A stretch of DNA of 24,000 nucleotides from Calidifontibacillus oryziterrae. GTDB taxonomy: Bacteria > Bacillota > Bacilli > Bacillales > Bacillaceae_J. The notes beneath the pieces were generated by a model. That model worked only from the letters and a program-made list of their open reading frames with translations. It searched no databases and was not told the DNA's origin. The position numbers and the translations under genes are program-made. Of the stretch, positions 7,788-14,894 are shown in pieces; positions within the stretch are counted from its first letter, which is position 1, and each line of letters begins with the position of its first letter. Where the stretch lies: NCBI RefSeq assembly GCF_000331575.1, contig NZ_ANOK01000003.1, positions 404,365 through 428,364 on the forward strand, in the 5' to 3' direction.

Positions 7788-9032
7788 ATGAACGCGGAAA
7801 TCATTTCTGTTGGAACAGAGCTATTGTTAGGACAAATCGTAAATACAAATGCTCAATTCCTATCGAGAGAGTTAGCACAAATTGGTATTAATGTTTTTTA
7901 TCATACAGCCGTTGGTGACAATTCCACTAGGCTTACGCAAGTACTTGCAAACGCTCAAAAACGATCAAATTTAATAATTATAACAGGCGGACTTGGCCCG
8001 ACAAAGGATGACTTAACGAAGGAAACTGTTGCAGCATGTTTTAATAAAAACCTTTTTCGTGATGAGAAGTCATATGAAAAAATGTCTCGTTATTTTGCGA
8101 AAATATCTAAAAAGATGACTGAAAATAATATAAAACAGGCATTTGTTATTGAAGGTTCAAATGTTTTGCCAAATCATTTTGGAATGGCTCCAGGCATGGC
8201 TTTTTGTTATGAAGGTTGTATATATATGCTTTTACCTGGTCCACCATCTGAACTAATGCCGATGTTTGAATCTTATGGACGGGTATTTTTATTAGATCAG
8301 CTAGAGAATAAACAATACATTGAATCTCGAGTGCTGCGTTTTTTTGGAATTGGTGAATCCGAATTAGAAACAAAGATAGAAGATTTGATTGATTTACAAA
8401 CGAATCCAACGATTGCCCCACTAGCAGTTGGAGATGGTGAAGTCACATTGCGATTAACAGCAAAGCATCCATCACTTGATCAGGCAATGGAAATGCTCGA
8501 TCAGCTCGAAAAAAAGATACAACCACGTGTTGGCGAGTTTTTCTTTGGATATAATAATTCTAGCTTATATGAAGAAGTATTTTTGTTATTACAACAAAAA
8601 GGTTTAACCATATCTAGTGCCGAAAGTTTGACAGGGGGAGCGTTTGCTAAAGAGATTACGAACATAGCTGGATCGTCTGCTGTTTTTAATGGTAGTATTG
8701 TTTGTTATCAAACTGAAGTGAAGCGAAATGTATTAAATGTACCACAAGATGTTATCAATAAGCATGGTGTCGTAAGCTTTGAATGTGCTAAATATATGGC
8801 AGAAAACGTTCTGGAAATTCTTCATACTGATATTGGTATAAGCTTTACTGGTGTTGCGGGTCCTAGTGAGCAGGAAGGAAAACGAGTTGGAACGGTGTTT
8901 GTGGGGATAGCAGTCAAGGATAAGGAAACGAAAGTATATCCGTTAATCTTGTCTGGTAGTCGTAGTGCGATCCGAACGAGAACAGTGAAATATGGTTATT
9001 ATTACTTATATAAATATTTACGTGAAAAATAA
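7788..9032 (+). CDS. cinA: Competence/damage-inducible protein CinA (MoCF-binding domain plus PncC-like NMN amidohydrolase domain)
   Basis: ATG 7788 lies 6 nt after GGGGAGG. The N-terminus MNAEIISVGTELLLGQIVNTN is the canonical CinA start. The C-terminal half (ESLTGG...GVAGP) matches the CinA/PncC domain. The gene lies directly upstream of recA. Confidence 0.9.
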   Translation: MNAEIISVGTELLLGQIVNTNAQFLSRELAQIGINVFYHTAVGDNSTRLTQVLANAQKRSNLIIITGGLGPTKDDLTKETVAACFNKNLFRDEKSYEKMSRYFAKISKKMTENNIKQAFVIEGSNVLPNHFGMAPGMAFCYEGCIYMLLPGPPSELMPMFESYGRVFLLDQLENKQYIESRVLRFFGIGESELETKIEDLIDLQTNPTIAPLAVGDGEVTLRLTAKHPSLDQAMEMLDQLEKKIQPRVGEFFFGYNNSSLYEEVFLLLQQKGLTISSAESLTGGAFAKEITNIAGSSAVFNGSIVCYQTEVKRNVLNVPQDVINKHGVVSFECAKYMAENVLEILHTDIGISFTGVAGPSEQEGKRVGTVFVGIAVKDKETKVYPLILSGSRSAIRTRTVKYGYYYLYKYLREK

Positions 9033-9044
9033 GAAATTAGTTTT

Positions 9045-9070
9045 TCAGAGGTTTTTTCCTCTGAATTTTT
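9045..9070 (+). terminator. Rho-independent terminator after cinA
   Basis: TCAGAGG (9045-9051) pairs with CCTCTGA (9058-9064) across loop T6, followed by ATTTTTAATTTT. Confidence 0.75.
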
Positions 9071-9125
9071 AATTTTCTCTTAAGGAATTTTCAATTTTCC
9101 GGGCTTATTTACCACTAAATTTTAT

Positions 9126-9139
9126 CGAATAAATGTTCG
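9126..9139 (+). promoter_or_regulatory. Cheo box (LexA/DinR operator) upstream of recA
   Basis: CGAATAAATGTTCG matches the Gram-positive SOS box CGAAC-N4-GTTCG with one mismatch. It lies 9 nt upstream of the -35 element. Confidence 0.75.
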
Positions 9140-9147
9140 TTAAAAAG

Positions 9148-9176
9148 TTGGCAAATTAGAAAAAAAGAGGTATGAT
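9148..9176 (+). promoter_or_regulatory. recA sigma-A promoter
   Basis: TTGGCA (9148-9153), then a 17-nt spacer, then TATGAT (9171-9176), about 35 nt upstream of the recA ATG. Confidence 0.65.
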
Positions 9177-9210
9177 ATTGATAGTTTACAAGAAGGAGGA
9201 AGGTAATGTA

Positions 9211-10257
9211 ATGAGTGATCGCAAAGCCGCTCTTGAGCAAGCGCTAAAACAAATAGAAAAGCAATTTGGTAAAGGTTCTATTATGAGATTGGGTGAACAG
9301 AGCGAACGAAAGCTAGCAACAATTTCAAGTGGCTCTTTGGCATTAGATATTGCACTAGGTATCGGTGGTTATCCTCGTGGAAGAATTATAGAGGTATATG
9401 GTCCAGAGTCGTCTGGTAAAACAACGGTAGCACTCCACGCTATTGCTGAAGTCCAAAAGCAAGGTGGTACAGCAGCATTTATTGATGCTGAACACGCATT
9501 GGATCCAATTTATGCAGAGAAATTAGGTGTTAATATTGACGAACTGCTATTATCCCAGCCGGATACAGGAGAACAGGCGTTAGAAATTGCTGAAGCCCTA
9601 GTTCGAAGTGGTGCAGTTGATATTGTTGTTGTTGACTCTGTCGCTGCTTTAGTACCAAAAGCTGAAATTGAAGGTGATATGGGGGAATCACATATGGGCT
9701 TACAAGCTCGCCTTATGTCACAAGCATTACGTAAGCTTTCTGGTGCGATTAATAAATCAAAAACTCTTGCCATTTTCATTAACCAAGTTCGTGAAAAAAT
9801 TGGCGTTATGTTTGGGAATCCTGAAACAACTACAGGTGGACGAGCGCTTAAGTTTTACTCGTCGATTCGTTTAGAAGTACGACGTGCTGAAACAATAAAA
9901 CAAGGTAATGAAATGGTTGGTAGCAGAACAAAAATTAAAGTTGTGAAAAATAAGGTAGCACCACCATTTAAAACAGCAGAAGTGGACATTATGTATGGTG
10001 AAGGTATTTCTATTGAGGGTGAAATCTTAGATATAGCCTCTGAACTTGATATTGTCCAAAAAAGTGGTGCATGGTACTCATATAAAGAAGAACGTCTAGG
10101 TCAAGGGCGAGAAAATGCAAAGCAATTTCTTAAAGAAAATCCAGATGTTAGTAAAGAAATTCAAATGCAAGTGCGTTCACATTATGGTTTAGATAATCCA
10201 GTTGGACTTGCTGAAGCTGAAAATGCAGCTGGACAGGACGATCTATTTACTGAATAA
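9211..10257 (+). CDS. recA: Recombinase RecA
   Basis: Walker [10 protein letters not shown] and the canonical N-terminus [28 protein letters not shown] 9211 follows AAGGAGGAAGG, so the track start 9172 is a 13-codon artefactual extension. Confidence 0.97.
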   Translation: MSDRKAALEQALKQIEKQFGKGSIMRLGEQSERKLATISSGSLALDIALGIGGYPRGRIIEVYGPESSGKTTVALHAIAEVQKQGGTAAFIDAEHALDPIYAEKLGVNIDELLLSQPDTGEQALEIAEALVRSGAVDIVVVDSVAALVPKAEIEGDMGESHMGLQARLMSQALRKLSGAINKSKTLAIFINQVREKIGVMFGNPETTTGGRALKFYSSIRLEVRRAETIKQGNEMVGSRTKIKVVKNKVAPPFKTAEVDIMYGEGISIEGEILDIASELDIVQKSGAWYSYKEERLGQGRENAKQFLKENPDVSKEIQMQVRSHYGLDNPVGLAEAENAAGQDDLFTE

Positions 10258-10271
10258 TATTTTTTCTAAGG

Positions 10272-10305
10272 AGCGTTCAAATCTTGAACGCTTCTTAATT
10301 TTTTG
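10272..10305 (+). terminator. Rho-independent terminator after recA
   Basis: AGCGTTCAA (10272-10280) pairs with TTGAACGCT (10284-10292), followed by TCTTAATTTTTT. Confidence 0.8.
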
Positions 10306-10416
10306 CTGTGTTATAATGATATAGCGACGGGCAACGATTCCAGAGGGTCAACAATAACATATAACATAGCCAAACATTAAATAACTGTCCAAATGTTTAC
10401 TTCCTTTCCGAGTTAC

Positions 10417-10458
10417 TTGACAATGGAAATGTCCACCTTTACAATTAGAATGTATAAT
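10417..10458 (+). promoter_or_regulatory. Candidate sigma-A promoter(s) for rny with a leader of about 150 nt
   Basis: TTGACA (10417-10422), then a 17-nt spacer, then TACAAT (10440-10445). An extended -10 TGTATAAT lies immediately downstream at 10451-10458. Confidence 0.5.
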
Positions 10459-10601
10459 TTCACTATTTTTTGATAATGAAAATTATGAGAACATTGTGCT
10501 GTATGTTGAAACCTTAGATGTAGCAATGTACATGCCGACATCAAAACGAGAAAACTATTCATTAAGAGATGTACAAGTCGATAGCAAGAGGAGGTGAAGT
10601 G

Positions 10602-12161
10602 ATGGATGCAATTCTAATCATCTCCATTTTGCTGGCCACACTTGTCGGTGCAGTTGTTGGATATTTTGGTCGAAAAACCATTGCAGAAGCGAAAATTTCT
10701 AGTGCAGAACATGCAGCGGAGCAGATTCTTGAGGATGCCAAACGTGAAGCGGAAGCATGTAAGAAAGAGGCGCTTCTTGAAGCAAAGGATGAAAATCATA
10801 AAATTCGTACAGAAGCGGAACGTGATATCCGTGAGCGAAGGAGCGAGTTACAGAAGCAAGAAAATCGATTAATGCAAAAAGAAGAGATTCTTGACCGTAA
10901 AGGTGAAACCTTAGATAAGCGTGAGTTAATGCTAGAAAGGAAGGAAGATTCTCTTACCCAAAGACAACAGCATATTGAAGAGTTGGAAAGCAAAATGGAA
11001 GAAATGGTTCGAAAGCAACAAGGAGAACTCGAACGCATTTCAGGTTTAACGCGAGAGGAAGCAAAAGCAATTTTACTTGATAATCTTGAAAAAGAGCTTT
11101 CACATGAAACAGCCGTTATGATTAAAGAGGTTGAAAATCGCGCCAAAGAAGAAGCTGATAAAAAAGCAAAGGAAATCCTTTCTTTAGCAATTCAGCGGTG
11201 TGCTGCTGACCATGTTGCAGAAACAACTGTTTCGGTCGTTAATTTACCTAACGATGAAATGAAAGGTCGGATCATCGGACGAGAAGGACGAAACATTCGT
11301 ACGATTGAAACTCTGACAGGAATTGATTTAATCATTGACGATACACCAGAAGCAGTAATCCTATCAGGTTTTGACCCAATTCGTCGTGAGACTGCAAGGC
11401 TTGCGCTTGAAAAACTTGTTCAGGATGGTCGAATCCACCCAGCTAGAATTGAAGAAATGGTAGACAAATCTCGCAGGGAAGTGGATGAGTATATTCGTGA
11501 AGTTGGAGAGCAATCCACATTTGAAGTTGGGGTCCATGGTTTACATCCTGATCTAATTAAAATATTAGGTAGGTTAAAGTATCGGACAAGTTATGGGCAA
11601 AATGTGTTGAAGCATTCGATGGAAGTAGCGTATTTAGCCGGATTAATGGCATCAGAATTAGGTGAGGATGCAACTCTTGCGAAAAGAGCAGGTCTTCTCC
11701 ATGATATTGGTAAAGCAATTGATCATGAAGTCGAAGGAAGTCACGTTGAGATTGGTGTTGAACTTGCAACGAAATATAAGGAGCATCCTATAGTCATTAA
11801 CAGTATTGCTTCTCATCATGGTGATACAGAGCCAACATCAATTATTGCCGTTTTAGTAGCTGCAGCAGATGCACTTTCTGCCGCAAGACCTGGTTCAAGA
11901 AGTGAAACGTTGGAAAACTATATTCGCAGACTTGAAAAACTTGAAGAAATTTCTGAGTCCTATGAAGGTGTAGAGAAGTCATTTGCTATTCAAGCTGGTC
12001 GTGAAGTTCGAATTATGGTTAAGCCTGATTCGGTTGATGACTTGCAGGCACATAAACTGGCTAGAGAAATTCGCAAAAGAATTGAAAATGAATTAGACTA
12101 TCCTGGTCATATAAAAGTGACCGTTATTCGTGAAACTCGAGCAGTCGAGTATGCTAAATAA
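10602..12161 (+). CDS. rny: Ribonuclease Y
   Basis: N-terminal TM helix ([19 protein letters not shown]), a coiled-coil E/K/R-rich region, a KH domain ([12 protein letters not shown]) and an HD domain ([10 protein letters not shown]). ATG 10602 lies 7 nt after GGAGG (10590-10594), so the track start 10569 is extended. Confidence 0.95.
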   Translation: MDAILIISILLATLVGAVVGYFGRKTIAEAKISSAEHAAEQILEDAKREAEACKKEALLEAKDENHKIRTEAERDIRERRSELQKQENRLMQKEEILDRKGETLDKRELMLERKEDSLTQRQQHIEELESKMEEMVRKQQGELERISGLTREEAKAILLDNLEKELSHETAVMIKEVENRAKEEADKKAKEILSLAIQRCAADHVAETTVSVVNLPNDEMKGRIIGREGRNIRTIETLTGIDLIIDDTPEAVILSGFDPIRRETARLALEKLVQDGRIHPARIEEMVDKSRREVDEYIREVGEQSTFEVGVHGLHPDLIKILGRLKYRTSYGQNVLKHSMEVAYLAGLMASELGEDATLAKRAGLLHDIGKAIDHEVEGSHVEIGVELATKYKEHPIVINSIASHHGDTEPTSIIAVLVAAADALSAARPGSRSETLENYIRRLEKLEEISESYEGVEKSFAIQAGREVRIMVKPDSVDDLQAHKLAREIRKRIENELDYPGHIKVTVIRETRAVEYAK

Positions 12162-12171
12162 ACAAATACAC

Positions 12172-12207
12172 AAAAAAGTGGTGATCATCACCACTTTTTT
12201 ATTTTTG
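12172..12207. terminator. Bidirectional-type Rho-independent terminator after rny
   Basis: A6 tract, then GTGGTGA (12178-12184) pairing with TCACCAC (12188-12194), then TTTTTTATTTTT. Confidence 0.85.
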
Positions 12208-12265
12208 TTTAGGAAATTATAAAATTTGATCCTGTGGATAAATACTATAGCACAGAGAGTAGTCG

Positions 12266-12410
12266 TCCAGCGCAAGCGCCTTAGCGACTAGTAAACTTCG
12301 CTCATCTCTTTTGCGATAAGTCAACATCGACTCGTCCATCGACGTGTTTTGTTTATCTCAGTCGATGCGCTCTTAGTTTATACGTCGCTAATCAGGCCCC
12401 TAAAGCTTTT
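12266..12410 (+). repeat. Intergenic structured repeat, copy B (same family and orientation as 1288-1432)
   Basis: Core 12283-12396 differs from 1304-1416 by 6 substitutions and 1 indel. The 5' end CCAGCGCAAGCGCC is the exact inverted copy of the copy A 3' end GGCGCTTGCGC. The copy B 3' end itself has decayed to GGCCCCTAAAGC. Confidence 0.85.
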
Positions 12411-12441
12411 GTTCTGTCCAAAAAATGTGAACAGTGTTGCT

Positions 12442-12470
12442 TTGACAATATAAATACTGTATGTGAAACT
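12442..12470 (+). promoter_or_regulatory. Possible ymdB promoter
   Basis: A perfect TTGACA (12442-12447), then a 17-nt spacer ending in TG, then a weak -10 GAAACT (12465-12470). Confidence 0.3.
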
Positions 12471-12504
12471 AAACATATAAATTAGCAAAGATTGGAGTTT
12501 AACG

Positions 12505-13299
12505 ATGAGAATATTATTTATCGGCGATGTTGTCGGGTCGCCAGGTCGTGATATGGTAAAGGATTACTTGCCTAAATTGCAGGCTAAATATAAGCCAAAC
12601 GTAACAATTATCAATGGGGAAAACGCTGCAGCAGGGAAAGGGATAACTAATAAAATTTATCGATCATTTTTAGAACAGGGCGCACATGCAATTACGCTTG
12701 GCAACCATACTTGGGATAATAAAGATATCTTTGAATTTATTGACGATGCCAAATGCATAGTAAGACCTGCTAATTTTCCAGAGGGGACCCCTGGGTCGGG
12801 GGCATTATTGCTTAATATAAATGGGACAGAAATTGGCATTATTAACCTTCAAGGGAGAACTTTTTTACCGCCGCTCGATTGTCCCTTTAAAAAAGCAGAT
12901 GAACTAATAACCGCCATGAAAAAACGAACAAAGATTATATTTGTAGACTTTCATGCTGAAGCTACAAGTGAGAAAATTGCAATGGGCTGGTATTTGGATG
13001 GTAAGGCTTCTGCAGTCGTTGGAACACATACTCATGTACAAACAGCTGATAACCGTATATTGCCGAATGGTACAGCATATATAACAGATGTTGGAATGAC
13101 AGGACCATATGATGGAATACTCGGTATTGATAAAGATGTTGTACTGAAAAGATTTTTAACAAATCTTCCTGTTAGATTTGAAATTGCATCAGGTCGTGTC
13201 CAACTAAGTGGAGTTATAATTGAGATTGATTCAAAGACTGGGAAGGCTCAAAAAATAGATAGAATCCAGATAAATGAAGACCATTCCTTTTTTGAGTGA
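12505..13299 (+). CDS. ymdB: 2',3'-cyclic-nucleotide 2'-phosphodiesterase YmdB (calcineurin-like metallophosphoesterase)
   Basis: N-terminus MRILFIGDVVGSPGR plus the motifs GENAAAGKG, GNHTWD, DFHAEATSEK and GTHTHVQTAD, which are typical of the YmdB family. The gene lies downstream of rny, as in B. subtilis. Confidence 0.9.
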   Translation: MRILFIGDVVGSPGRDMVKDYLPKLQAKYKPNVTIINGENAAAGKGITNKIYRSFLEQGAHAITLGNHTWDNKDIFEFIDDAKCIVRPANFPEGTPGSGALLLNINGTEIGIINLQGRTFLPPLDCPFKKADELITAMKKRTKIIFVDFHAEATSEKIAMGWYLDGKASAVVGTHTHVQTADNRILPNGTAYITDVGMTGPYDGILGIDKDVVLKRFLTNLPVRFEIASGRVQLSGVIIEIDSKTGKAQKIDRIQINEDHSFFE

Positions 13300-13337
13300 A
13301 TTTTTTAAGTTTTTCGAAAAATTATCTTAAACTTAGC

Positions 13338-13362
13338 AGGAATAACAGCAAATTTCTGGAAT
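13338..13362 (+). promoter_or_regulatory. Candidate sigma-H-type promoter of spoVS
   Basis: AGGAAT (13338-13343) and GAAT (13359-13362) resemble the sigma-H consensus RnAGGwWW-N11-12-RnnGAAT, but the spacing is slightly off. B. subtilis spoVS is sigma-H dependent. Confidence 0.4.
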
Positions 13363-13416
13363 ATAGTAGAAGAGGAATTGATTTTTTGATTTATTCATTA
13401 CGAGGAGGAACCAGGA

Positions 13417-13677
13417 ATGGAAATATTAAAAGTTTCAGCAAAATCTAATCCTAATTCTGTAGCTGGAGCACTTGCGGGGGTTTTACGTGAACGTGGCGCT
13501 GCTGAAATTCAGGCAATTGGCGCAGGTGCACTAAATCAGGCCGTAAAGGCAGTCGCAATCGCACGAGGGTTTGTAGCACCGAGTGGAGTAGATTTAATAT
13601 GTATTCCTGCTTTTACAGATATTTTAATTGACGGTGAAGAACGCACTGCGATAAAGTTAATTGTTGAGCCACGCTAA
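13417..13677 (+). CDS. spoVS: Stage V sporulation protein S
   Basis: The 86-aa sequence MEILKVSAKSNPNSVAGALAGVLRERGAAEIQAIGAGALNQAVKAVAIARGF is the highly conserved SpoVS sequence. GAGGAGG lies 8 nt upstream of the ATG. Confidence 0.97.
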   Translation: MEILKVSAKSNPNSVAGALAGVLRERGAAEIQAIGAGALNQAVKAVAIARGFVAPSGVDLICIPAFTDILIDGEERTAIKLIVEPR

Positions 13678-13710
13678 GTTAAATGAAAGTAAATAATAGG
13701 AATATTGGAA

Positions 13711-13753
13711 GAGGCTGTCCCGATAACTGTGGGATAGTCTCCTTTACTTTTAT
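13711..13753 (+). terminator. Hairpin/terminator after spoVS, abutting the dipeptidase RBS
   Basis: An 11-bp stem (two G-U pairs) between 13711-13721 and 13731-13741 with a 9-nt loop, followed by the interrupted T tract CTTTACTTTTATT. Confidence 0.6.
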
Positions 13754-13770
13754 TGGAAGGGGGATTCCCG

Positions 13771-14700
13771 TTGAGAAAGATTTTTGATGCTCATTGTGAT
13801 GTACTATATAAAATGTGGATGAATCCAAATATTTCCTTTGAGGATGGAGAAAGCTTACAAGTAAACAATAAATATTTAAAACAAGCCGGGAGCAAAATTC
13901 AGTGCTTTGCCATCTATGTTCCTGAGAGTGTAAGGGTAGCAGATCGTTTTAATGTAGCACTTGAAATGATTGATATTTTTTACGAAAAAATTATGAAAAT
14001 CCACCCTAATCTGCAACTAATACTAGAAAAGGACGATATTCATAAGCTACAGGATGGTGAAATAGGCGCAATTCTTACTCTTGAAGGGTGCGACGCAATT
14101 GGTGCAGATATCGTTAAGTTAAAGACATTACATCGACTCGGAGTTCGTTCGGTTGGTTTAACATGGAACTTTGCGAATGCAGTTGCCGATGGGGCACTGG
14201 AAAAAAGAAATGCTGGTTTATCCAATTTTGGAATTGAAGTCGTGAACATAAACAATCAATTAAAAATTTGGACTGACCTATCACACTTAGGAGAAAAATC
14301 GTTTTGGGATACAATAGAAATTGCTAGGTTTCCGATCGCCTCGCATTCTAATGCGTACTCCTTATTTTCACATCCTAGGAATCTAAGAGATGAACAAATA
14401 GAAGCATTAATAGAGAAGGACGGTATTATTGGAATTACATTTGTGCCTTACTTTTTAAGTAAGAAAACGAGCGATGCAACTATTAACGATATAATAAGGC
14501 ATATTGATCATATTTGTGCTTTAGGTGGAGAACGAAATGTCGGCTTAGGTTCAGACTTTGATGGAATCGAACATACTGTAAATGGATTGGAAAATTATTC
14601 ATTTTATCCAAACCTTATAAATGAGCTTCAAAAATACTTTACGCAAGAGCAAATTAATGGAATTTGTTACCAAAATTTTGCTAATCATTTTCCCGATTAA
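13771..14700 (+). CDS. Membrane dipeptidase family (peptidase M19) protein
   Basis: FDAHCD (HxD metal ligands), ILTLEG, GLTWN, HSNA and GLGSDFDG motifs of the M19/renal dipeptidase family. TTG 13771 lies 6 nt after GGAAGGGGGA. The track start TTG 13753 falls inside the terminator tail. Confidence 0.85.
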   Translation: MRKIFDAHCDVLYKMWMNPNISFEDGESLQVNNKYLKQAGSKIQCFAIYVPESVRVADRFNVALEMIDIFYEKIMKIHPNLQLILEKDDIHKLQDGEIGAILTLEGCDAIGADIVKLKTLHRLGVRSVGLTWNFANAVADGALEKRNAGLSNFGIEVVNINNQLKIWTDLSHLGEKSFWDTIEIARFPIASHSNAYSLFSHPRNLRDEQIEALIEKDGIIGITFVPYFLSKKTSDATINDIIRHIDHICALGGERNVGLGSDFDGIEHTVNGLENYSFYPNLINELQKYFTQEQINGICYQNFANHFPD

Positions 14701-14750
14701 AATTGCTCGTTTTTTTATACACAATTTTGTCAAAAATAAGCGTTTAGGGG

Positions 14751-14779
14751 TTGATTTTTTCATGCTATAAGTCTAGAAT
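14751..14779 (+). promoter_or_regulatory. Candidate sigma-A promoter of korAB
   Basis: TTGATT (14751-14756), then a 17-nt spacer, then TAGAAT (14774-14779). Confidence 0.45.
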
Positions 14780-14793
14780 TGAAAGCGTTTAGT
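14779..14793 (+). promoter_or_regulatory. cre-like (CcpA) site overlapping the predicted kor transcription start
   Basis: TTGAAAGCGTTTAGT matches WTGNAANCGNWNNCW at all constrained positions but one (G in place of the penultimate C). Confidence 0.4.
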
Positions 14794-14894
14794 ACACTCT
14801 CTATATTAAAATTAGTATAATTTTAATATTTAAAGGTACTACAATATAATTGTTTAACATATGATAAATGCTACATTCAAAAGGGGTGTAAGAG

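Noticed and set aside
9172-9210. 5' extensions of track ORFs: recA 9172, rny 10569, korB 16576, miaB 17660, mutS 20532, ymfJ 4918, cinA 7782, pgsA 7180 and the dipeptidase 13753
   Set aside because: In each case an internal ATG, TTG or GTG is preceded by a strong GGAGG-type SD at 5-10 nt and yields the canonical family N-terminus. The extended codons lack an SD or overlap an upstream gene or terminator.
10526-10597. 23-codon ORF ([23 protein letters not shown]) in the rny leader, ending within the rny RBS
   Set aside because: No Shine-Dalgarno sequence precedes its ATG and the peptide has no recognisable features. It is more likely fortuitous, and I mention it only as part of the leader finding.
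10796-11146. 116-aa minus-strand ORF inside rny, plus other antisense ORFs (2118-2336, 4027-4284, 6587-6790, 8146-8421, 9510-9779, 11557-11769, 14040-14314, 15431-15631, 15898-16143, 17678-17959, 18033-18302, 20980-21210, 23169-23372)
   Set aside because: All are embedded opposite strongly supported + strand genes. The Ser/Arg/Leu-rich sequences are what is expected when E/K/R-rich coding sequence is read antisense. None has a credible RBS.
12233-12241. A perfect DnaA box (TGTGGATAA, the reverse complement of TTATCCACA) in the rny-ymdB spacer
   Set aside because: It is a single box with no neighbouring boxes or AT-rich unwinding element. One perfect 9-mer in 24 kb on both strands is not unlikely by chance (about 0.2 expected). 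It does not amount to an origin or a DnaA-box cluster.
13306-13336. AT-rich inverted repeat TAAGTTT...AAACTTA with an inner TTTTCGAAAA palindrome after ymdB
   Set aside because: The stem is entirely A/T with no T-tract, so it is too weak to call a terminator or operator. It may simply reflect AT-rich intergenic composition.
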